Shown one piece after another: positions 56,275-64,000 of a stretch of DNA of 64,000 nucleotides (its first letter is position 1; every line of letters begins with the position of its first letter). Below the pieces are notes generated by a model that saw only the letters and a list, made by a program, of their open reading frames with translations, was not told where the DNA came from and did no database searches. The DNA lies in the NCBI GenBank assembly GCA_041687695.1, contig JAWLBL010000003.1, forward strand, positions 247,660 through 311,659, read 5' to 3'. This DNA comes from Myxococcota bacterium. GTDB lineage: Bacteria; Myxococcota_A; UBA9042; PHBI01; JAWLBL01. The position numbers and the translations under genes were made by a program.

Positions 56275-58334
56275 GTCGAGACCTTGTCGAACGCGGCGAG
56301 CCGGTGGAACAGGGCCGCGACGCGCTGCAGCAGGGCGAGCCGGCGCTCGCGCTCGGCCGGCACGTCGCTCATCACGAGCACCTCGTCGAAGAAGCGCTCG
56401 ATGGCCGGCTCGAGCGCCACGAGACGACCCACGGCCGCCTTGTATTCCCGCCGGTCCAGGGCCTCGGTCGCCGCGTCGCGCACCTGCGCGTAGGCCTCGA
56501 AGAGCTGCTGCTCGGCGGGCTCGCTCAGCGTCGCCGGGTCCAGCGCGTACTCGGCCTCGCCGCTGGCGATCTTGACGATGCGCTTGATGGACACGGCCAG
56601 CGCGTCCCAGTCGCTGGTCTGCTTCATCGCGGCCAGCGCCTCGAGGCGACCGCGCGCGTCGGCCGGGTCCTCGAAGCCGACGGACAGCGCCGCCTCGACC
56701 AGATCGGTCGGGTGGTCGGTCGCCAGGGCGGCCTTGAGGCGGCCGCGGAAGAACTCGAGCAGGCGCGCCTCGAGGTCGGGCCAGGCGACGTCGAGCTGCA
56801 GGCCCGCCGCCTGCACGTTGGCCCAGGCCAGGTCCAGGGCGCGGCGCAGCGGCACGGCGCCGCCGAGGTCCTCGAGGATGCGCAGCACGCCGAGCGCCTG
56901 GCGACGAAGGGCGTAGGGGTCGGCCGAGCCGCTGGGCTCGAGGCCCAGGGCGAAGCAGCCGACGACGCTGTCGAGGCGGTCGGCCAGCGCCACCGCGCGG
57001 CCGGCGGGGGTCTCGGGCAGCTGGTCGCCCGCGAAGCGCGGCAGGTAGTGCTCGAAGATGGCCTGGGCGACGGCCTCGGGCTCGCCCGACAGGCGGGCGT
57101 AGTCGCGGCCCATCTCGCCCTGCAGCTCGGGGAACTCGCCGACCATCTGGGTCGACAGGTCGGCCTTGGCCAGCAGGCCCGCGCGCCGGGCGGTGTCCGC
57201 GTCGCCGCCCAGCTCACCCGAGAGGGTCGCCGCCAGGCTGGCGATGCGCTGGGCCTTGTCGAGCATGGTGCCGAGGCCCTTCAAGAAGGTGCGCTCGGCC
57301 AGCTTGGGCACGAAGGCCTCGAGGGGCTTGCCGCGGTCCTCTTCGAAGAAGAAGCGCGCGTCGGCGAGGCGGGCGCGCAGGACGCGGCCGTTGCCGTGGA
57401 CCACGACGGCGGGGTCGGTCGGCACCGTCCCGCAGACCACCACGAAGTTCGGCAGCAGCTGGCCGTCGGGGCCGGCCACCGCGAAGTACTTCTGGTGCAC
57501 CTTCATCGAGGTCACGAGCACCTGCGAGGGGATGTCGAGGTAGTGCGGCTCGAAGCTGCCGAGCAGCGGGACGGGCCACTCGACGAGGTTGCTGACCTCG
57601 ACGAGCAGCGTCTCGTCCATCAGCACGCGCCCGCCGGGGGAGGCGGCGAGGGCCTCGGCCTCGCGGCGGATGAGGGCGCGGCGGGCGTCGGAGTCGGGCT
57701 CCACGTAGGCCCGGCGCAGGCCCTCGAGCCAGCTGGCCGAATCGTGGACCTCGAAGCGGGCCGGGGCAAGGAACCGGTGGCCGCGGGTGTGGTTGCCCGC
57801 CAGCAGGCCGGCGAAGGCGACCGGGACGATGTCGCCGCCGAACAGGGCCACGATCCAGTGGACCGGGCGGATGAAGGTCTCGCGCCGGCTGCCCCAGCGC
57901 ATCGCCTTGGGCCAGGTCAGGCCGGTGACCGCCTGCTCGAGGGCGTCCGCGAGCAGATCGCGCGCGCTCTGGCCCGGGATATCGACCGTGACCGCGAGGT
58001 ACTCGCCCTTGGGGGTCGAGACGCGCTCCAAGCGGTCGACGGGGACGCCGTTGCGCTCGGCGAAGGCGAGGGCGGCCTTGGTCGGCGACCCGTCCGGGCC
58101 GAAGGCGACCTTGGCCGGCGGCCCCACGCGCTCCTCGCGGCGGTCCTCTTGCCGTTCGGCGACCTTCACCGCCAGCGCGAGCCGGCGCGGCGTCGCCCAG
58201 GTCGTCAGGCCCTCGTGGGCGAGCCCCAGCGCGTCCAGCTTGGCGGCCAGCGTCCGGCCCAGCTCGTGGCGGGCGCCCTCGACGAGGCGCGCCGGGATCT
58301 CCTCGCAGCCCAGCTCGAAGAAGAGCTCCTTCAT
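56271..58334 (-). CDS. glyS: Glycine--tRNA ligase beta subunit
   Basis: [67 protein letters not shown] at 58334. Confidence 0.97.
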
Positions 58335-59224
58335 GCCCCGCCCTCCACGACCGCGCGGTCCTTGCACAGCGGGAAGCCCAGCTCGCGCCGCGAGGCGACG
58401 TAGGCCTCGGCGACGCCCTTGGCGAGCGCGCGCACCCGGAAGATGTACTTCTGCCGCTCGGCGACGCTGATGGCCCCGCGCGCGTCGAGCAGGTTGAAGG
58501 TGTGCGAGCACTTCATGCAGTAGTCGTAGGCCGGCAGGACCAGCCCCTTGTCGAGCAGGCGTTTGCACTCGCTCTCGTAGCGGCCGAACAGCTCCTGGTG
58601 GAACGGGACGTCGGCCTCCTCGAAGTTGAAGTGCGAGAACTCGACCTCGTCGCGGTGCTTGACCTCGCCGTAGGTCACGCCGGGCACCCAGACGAGATCG
58701 AAGATGCTCTCCTTGTTCTGGAGGTACATCGCGATGCGCTCGATGCCGTAGGTCAGCTCGGCGCTGACCACGTCCAGCTCGACCCCGCCCACCTGCTGGA
58801 AGTAGGTGAACTGCGTGATCTCCATGCCGTCGAGCCAGACCTCCCAGCCCAGCCCCCAGGCGCCCACCGTCGGCGACTCCCAGTTGTCCTCGACGAAGCG
58901 GATGTCGTGGTCGGCCGGGTTGATGCCCAGGCGCACCAGGCTCTGCAGGTACAGGTCCTGAATGTCCGGCGGGGACGGCTTCATGATGACCTGGAACTGG
59001 AAGTAGTGCTGGAGCCGGTTCGGGTTGTCGCCGTAGCGGCCGTCGGTCGGGCGGCGGCAGGGCTCGACGTAGGCCGTGTTCCACGGCTCGGGGCCGAGCG
59101 AGCGCAAGAAGGTCGCCGGGTTGAACGTGCCGGCGCCCTTCTCGGTGTCGTACGGCTGCAGGATGATGCAGCCCTGCTCGGCCCAGAAGCCCTGGAGGGT
59201 CAGGATGAGATCCTGGAAGGTCAT
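58331..59224 (-). CDS. glyQ: Glycine--tRNA ligase alpha subunit
   Basis: [66 protein letters not shown] at 59224. Confidence 0.99.
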   Translation of the reverse strand: MTFQDLILTLQGFWAEQGCIILQPYDTEKGAGTFNPATFLRSLGPEPWNTAYVEPCRRPTDGRYGDNPNRLQHYFQFQVIMKPSPPDIQDLYLQSLVRLGINPADHDIRFVEDNWESPTVGAWGLGWEVWLDGMEITQFTYFQQVGGVELDVVSAELTYGIERIAMYLQNKESIFDLVWVPGVTYGEVKHRDEVEFSHFNFEEADVPFHQELFGRYESECKRLLDKGLVLPAYDYCMKCSHTFNLLDARGAISVAERQKYIFRVRALAKGVAEAYVASRRELGFPLCKDRAVVEGGA

Positions 59225-59324
59225 GCTCACGCGGGGGCGTCCTTTGCGGGTGCTCTGCGGTTCCTCGGGGGCCGGGAGGCGAGGCGGGCGGCGGGGCGGC
59301 GGCAGGGGAGGAACGCGCCGGAGG

Positions 59325-59354
59325 TTGCTAACACCGCGTCGCAAACGGTGTCAA
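59325..59354 (-). promoter_or_regulatory. Possible sigma70 promoter for glyQ operon
   Basis: Minus strand TTGACA, 18 bp spacer, TAGCAA; spacer overlapped by inverted repeat ACACCG...CGGTGT. Confidence 0.4.
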
Positions 59355-59448
59355 CGAATGGAGAGGCAGGGCGGGCGCGCTGCGAGGGCGCGCCGCGGGC
59401 CCGTCCAGAGCGGGGACGCGGGGGGCGGGGCCGAGGGCGGAACGGGGG

Positions 59449-60066
59449 TCAGGCGCCCAGGGTGAAGAAGCCGGCCTGGATGAGCCAGAGGTAGCCGGCG
59501 ACGCGCACGACGCGCAGCAGCGACACGGCGATGAAGACCGAAAAGCGCATGTCCATGGCGCCGGCGGTCCAGCAGGCGATGGAGTAGGGCAGGGGCGTGA
59601 GGGCGGCGGCGGCGATGGCCCATGGCCCGTAGCGGCGCACGAGGCCGTGGATCTCGCTGCCCCGGCGGGCGAGGAGCTGCTGGAACCAGACGGTGCGCTG
59701 CAGCAGGCGGCCGATGAAGAAGCCGGTCGTGCCGCCGAGCAGGCTGCCCACGGTGCCCCAGAAGACCACGGTCCAGTAGGGCATGCCGCCGATGAGCCCG
59801 AACATGCTGAAGGCGTCGTTGGGCAGCGGGACCGTGAAGGCGTCCGGGATGAAAAAGCCCAGGGCCACGCCGGGGCCGCCCAGCACGGCGACGAACTGTC
59901 GGCCCAGGGCCTCGAGCGGCTCGCGGAACAGCCAGGCGAGCAGACCCAGGATGGTCATCAGGCCGAGGATGCCGAGCGCGGTCGTCCAGGCGAGCCGGCG
60001 CAGGTCGAGCGGGGCGGCCGCGGGGGCGCCGGACGGGGACTGGAGGTTGGCGGGCGGCAGCGTCAT
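59449..60066 (-). CDS. DedA/YqaA (SNARE-associated) family membrane protein
   Basis: PLPND, GSLLGGTTGFFIGR, RRYGPWAI..AALTPLPY...AG, RVVR. Confidence 0.85.
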   Translation of the reverse strand: MTLPPANLQSPSGAPAAAPLDLRRLAWTTALGILGLMTILGLLAWLFREPLEALGRQFVAVLGGPGVALGFFIPDAFTVPLPNDAFSMFGLIGGMPYWTVVFWGTVGSLLGGTTGFFIGRLLQRTVWFQQLLARRGSEIHGLVRRYGPWAIAAAALTPLPYSIACWTAGAMDMRFSVFIAVSLLRVVRVAGYLWLIQAGFFTLGA

Positions 60067-60229
60067 GGGCGCGGGCGACTCCAGCAGGGGGCGCTTCGAA
60101 GGGTAGGACCAGGCGACGGCGGCGGCTACGACGCGGGCCGACCGGGTCCCGCCCGGCGCGGCAGCGTAGGCGGGACGCCCGCCTCGGGACAAGGTGATCC
60201 GGACCCGATCAGGCGCGGCGCGGGGCGCG

Positions 60230-60736
60230 TCATTGGCACAGCTGGATCTCGGCGATGGATCGGATCTGCTGCAGACACAGGGCCTGCTCGCGGGTGAGCT
60301 GCAGGCACTGGGACATGCAGCGCTCTCCGAAGTCGTCGCCGGTCAGCTCGTCGATCAGGGCCTGCTCCTCGGGCGTGGGCGCGCCGCCGTCGTCGTCGAC
60401 GTGGCGCAGCGCGTCGAGGGCCTCGCGCTGGAAGGTGTCCTGCATCTGGCGGCAGGCGCCGCGGCACATGGGCTCGCTGGCCGGGCCGGCCGAGCAGCGG
60501 CCCGACAGGCACTGCAGGCCGGCCTCGCAGCCCTCGGCCGTGACGCAGGGGCGGCCGGGGCGCGAGCGGAGCGGACCGCACTGGGCGGCCTTGCAGACGA
60601 GGCCGCTCTGGCAGTCGCGGTCCTGCTTGCAGCGCTGACCTTCGGCGGCCGCGGGGGCCTGGGAGGCGCCGCAGGCGGTGACGCCGAGCGCGGTGAGGGC
60701 GAGGAGGGCGACGGCGGCGAGGGGGCGGACGTGCAT
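60230..60736 (-). CDS. Cys-rich lipoprotein
   Basis: Lipobox VTAC; two C-x5-C-x5-C-x4-C repeats, then paired CxxxC helices. Confidence 0.75.
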   Translation of the reverse strand: MHVRPLAAVALLALTALGVTACGASQAPAAAEGQRCKQDRDCQSGLVCKAAQCGPLRSRPGRPCVTAEGCEAGLQCLSGRCSAGPASEPMCRGACRQMQDTFQREALDALRHVDDDGGAPTPEEQALIDELTGDDFGERCMSQCLQLTREQALCLQQIRSIAEIQLCQ

Positions 60737-60793
60737 CTGCGCGTCAGCAAAGCGGTTTGCCGCCCTGGGTGCAAGCGCATTGGGGAGGCGGCG

Positions 60794-60834
60794 GAACGAA
60801 AGAGGGCCGGCGCACCCGTGGGTGGACCGGCCCC
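60794..60834 (-). terminator. Probable intrinsic terminator after sod
   Basis: GGGCCGG..CACCC-GT-GGGTG..CCGGCCC stem with T-rich tail on minus strand. Confidence 0.55.
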
Positions 60835-60847
60835 GTCTCGCTGCGAT

Positions 60848-60870
60848 GGGGTCAGCTCAGGCCTGACCCC
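60848..60870. repeat. Short GGGGTCAG...CTGACCCC palindrome (REP-like)
   Basis: GGGGTCAG-CTCAGGC-CTGACCCC; arms match the core of the 22150 palindrome. Confidence 0.55.
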
Positions 60871-60893
60871 TCGTCCGTCGTCGGCGCGAGCGG

Positions 60894-61493
<600 letters not shown>

Positions 61494-61626
61494 GGATCCT
61501 CTCCGTCGTCAGGTCGGTTCGGTTCGGTAGGTGTCCGATGAAGGCGGCGGGACTGTAGCAGCAGCCCCGGAGATGGCCAACAGGGCGGCGCGCAGGGGCG
61601 CCGCCCGCGTGGCGGTCGTCACCCGG

Positions 61627-62943
61627 TCAGGGGACGAGGTTGGGCAAAAACCACAGGCAGGCCATCGCGACCAGCGTCGGGATGATGGCGCCGGCGAGCA
61701 GGCCGAGGGGGCTGATGCCCTCGCTGCCGAAGCTGCCGCGCAGGATGCCGTAGCCGGCCGGGTTCGGGGCGTTCGCGATGACGGTCAGGCCGCCGCCGGC
61801 CACGGCGCCGGCGACCAGCGAGTACTTGGAGTCGTCGCTGAGGCCCTCGACGAGCGAGCCCAGGTAGGTGAGGGCGGCGTTGTCGGTGACGGCGGTGAGG
61901 CCGGTCGCGCCGATGAAGAGGGCCAGCGAGTCGAGCGAGGCGAGCAGGGGCTGCAGCCACCACTTCTGGAAGCCGCCGAGGACGACGAGGCCGCCGAGGA
62001 AGAAGCCGACCAGCAGGCCTTCCTTGAGCTTGAGCTGGTCCTGGTACTCGTTGGTCACGGTCGTGACGCCCAGGAAGAACAGGAAGATGCCCATGAAGAC
62101 GACGATGTGGTGGGCCGTGAGGACCACGAAGCCCATGAAGGCCAGGTGGATGACGATCAGCCACCACGGGGTGATGGCCTCCTTGCCCGGCTCGACGGGG
62201 GCGGCGAGGGGCTTTTCGTCGAAGGCGGTCAGCTCGCGGCGGAACAGCAGGGCGACGCCGATGGTGTTGATGAGCACGGCGAGGACGGACTTGTAGCCGA
62301 AGAACTCGAGCATGTGGGCGATGTCCCAGCCCCACTTGCCGGCGACCATCAGCACCGGCGGCGCCGCGAAGTGGGTGAGGGTGCCGCCGATGGAGATGTT
62401 GACGAAGAGGACGCCGATGGTGGCGTACATGAACCTCGTCGACATGCCGCGGTCGTAGTAGCGCTTCTTGAGGATGAGCGCCGTGACCGTCATGGCGGCC
62501 GGCTCGGTGATGAAGCTGCCGAGCAGGGGGCCGATGACGAGGGCCACGATGAAGAAGGACAGGCTGCGCGAGATGGGCAGCAGGTTGGCGACGGTGCCGA
62601 TGAGGGTCGAGGCGAAGGAGATGACGGGGCGCGTGGCGGCCATCACCATGATGGCGAAGACGAAGGCCGGCTCGGTGAAGTGGATGACGGCTTCGGGGTG
62701 GCGCCCTTCGAGGTAGGCGATGGCCTGGTCGCCGCCCTCGAGGAAGGTGAAGGCGATGAGGAAGATGCCGGCCCACAGGCCGAAGACGGCCTCGACCTCG
62801 CCGAGCAGGTGGAAGACGTTCTCGCCGATGGACCCCTCGGGGTACTTGTGGGCGAGGTGCTCGAAGCGCTTGACGCTGAAGGTGTGGAGGATGGCCAGTC
62901 CGAAGAGGACGGTGGCCAGGATTTCGACCGTGCTCGGCTGCAA
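61627..62943 (-). CDS. Putative Na+/H+ antiporter (DUF1504-type membrane protein)
   Basis: TTG at 62943 with GGAGG RBS; HLLGEVEAVFGLW, GSFITEPAAMT, NISIGGTLTHFAAPP, TDNAALTYL, GGGLTVIANAPNPAG. Confidence 0.85.
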   Translation of the reverse strand: MQPSTVEILATVLFGLAILHTFSVKRFEHLAHKYPEGSIGENVFHLLGEVEAVFGLWAGIFLIAFTFLEGGDQAIAYLEGRHPEAVIHFTEPAFVFAIMVMAATRPVISFASTLIGTVANLLPISRSLSFFIVALVIGPLLGSFITEPAAMTVTALILKKRYYDRGMSTRFMYATIGVLFVNISIGGTLTHFAAPPVLMVAGKWGWDIAHMLEFFGYKSVLAVLINTIGVALLFRRELTAFDEKPLAAPVEPGKEAITPWWLIVIHLAFMGFVVLTAHHIVVFMGIFLFFLGVTTVTNEYQDQLKLKEGLLVGFFLGGLVVLGGFQKWWLQPLLASLDSLALFIGATGLTAVTDNAALTYLGSLVEGLSDDSKYSLVAGAVAGGGLTVIANAPNPAGYGILRGSFGSEGISPLGLLAGAIIPTLVAMACLWFLPNLVP

Positions 62944-63145
62944 AGGAATCCTCCGTAGCGGGGGAAGGTCCGGGAAACGGTGGGGCTTTTCACGTAGCGG
63001 CGCGGCGCATGCTGGCATGGCGGGGGCTGCATGGCAACGTGAACCGGGACGGGGCCTTGAGGCGGGAAGCGGTCGGTGGTAGGCAGGCCGGCGGCGGCCC
63101 GGAGCGCATGGCGGCCATCCGGGAGGCGGAGGAGCGAGGCGCGAG

Positions 63146-64000
63146 ATGCACATCACGATGGTCAAAAAGCGCCTGGCGAGCGGCGAGGCGTGCCCCAAGT
63201 GCCTGCAGGCCGAGGAGGTGCTGCGCGGGCGCGGGCTGTGGGCGCGCATCGACGAGGTGGTGTGGGCCGAGGAGGGGCGCCCCGAGTCGCCGGGGATGGT
63301 CCTGGCGGCGCGGCACGGGGTCGAGCTGGCGCCGTTCTTCGTCGTGAGGGCGGACGACGGGACCGAGACGGTGCACGTCAGCACGATTCGCCTCATCAAG
63401 CTGGCGCTGCAGCAGGCCGCGACGCCGTTGTCGGGCGCGCCGGTGGAGGGGCTCGACGGCGAGGGGCTGGTGCGGGCCGAAGCCGAGCTGGCCGTGGCCG
63501 AGCCCATCGAGGTCGTGCGGTGGGCGCTCGAGCGGTTCGGGGCGGACTGCGCCATCGCGTTCTCGGGGGCCGAGGACGTCGTGCTCGTCGACCTGGCGGT
63601 CCGGACGGGGCTGCCGTTCGGCGTGTTCTGCCTGGACACCGGGCGGCTGCACCCCGAGACGTACCGGTACCTCGAGACGGTGCGCACCCACTACGGGATC
63701 GCGCTCGAGGTGCTGTCGCCCGAGCCGGCCGCGGTGCAGGATCTCGTGCGGCGCAAGGGGCTGTTCAGCTTCCTCGAGGACGGCCACGGCGAGTGCTGCG
63801 GCGTGCGCAAGGTGGCGCCGCTGAAGGCGCACCTGGCCGGCCAGCGGGCCTGGATGACCGGGCAGCGCCGCGACCAGAGCCCGACCCGCGCCGAGGTGCC
63901 GGTCGTGCAGGCCGACCCGGCGTTCCGCGGGCGCGGCGACGGGCCGCTGGTCAAGCTCAACCCGCTGGCCAACTGGACCTCGGAGCAGGTGTGGGCCTAC
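63146..64000 (+). CDS. cysH: APS reductase with N-terminal CxxC (thioredoxin/glutaredoxin-like) domain; runs off window end, missing from ORF track
   Basis: MHITMVKKRLASGEACPKC...APFFVV then IAFSGAEDVVL, LDTGRLHPETY, ECCGVRKVAPL, WMTGQRRDQS, VKLNPLANW. Confidence 0.92.
   Translation, partial: MHITMVKKRLASGEACPKCLQAEEVLRGRGLWARIDEVVWAEEGRPESPGMVLAARHGVELAPFFVVRADDGTETVHVSTIRLIKLALQQAATPLSGAPVEGLDGEGLVRAEAELAVAEPIEVVRWALERFGADCAIAFSGAEDVVLVDLAVRTGLPFGVFCLDTGRLHPETYRYLETVRTHYGIALEVLSPEPAAVQDLVRRKGLFSFLEDGHGECCGVRKVAPLKAHLAGQRAWMTGQRRDQSPTRAEVPVVQADPAFRGRGDGPLVKLNPLANWTSEQVWAY

Overview
Very GC-rich bacterial chromosomal segment. Gene content suggests Myxococcota (inference from a kinase-STAND-sigma54 fusion, a DUF1592/DUF1552 pair and many Cys/Asp-rich lipoproteins). 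Most of it is core genome: end of the alpha operon (rpsK-rpsD-rpoA-rplQ), tRNA-Gln and two identical tRNA-Glu, dnaB, ugd, gyrA, an RlmI-like methyltransferase, rplM-rpsI, metK, ilvA, gltX-gmk-yicC, rel, glyQ-glyS-ppdK, sod and cysH, interspersed with envelope and lipoprotein genes. I found no transposase, integrase, cas, RT or phage gene. The unexplained structure is in two long non-coding gaps, both between convergent transcription units. (1) 3043-4420 holds five 64-66 bp terminator-like repeats and a 228-bp tandem repeat with G-tracts and hairpins. (2) 45330-47400 holds four copies (one inverted) of a ~340-bp modular element around a 75-bp-period palindromic array. Each element has a palindromic head, a conserved AT-rich TAAYTA-N6-CGTTTARTTC site, a variable middle and a structured tail with compensatory changes. 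This second region is my best candidate for an undescribed system (non-autonomous mobile/ssDNA element or structured-RNA cassette array). Other notable genes: a bacterial glycerol-1-phosphate dehydrogenase-like gene, a histone-like protein with a winged-helix-like core, an orphan NHLP-leader-like 59-aa ORF, an APS reductase with an N-terminal CxxC domain, and a three-lipoprotein cluster appended to glyQS-ppdK. All protein calls are motif recognition by eye; no database searches were run.
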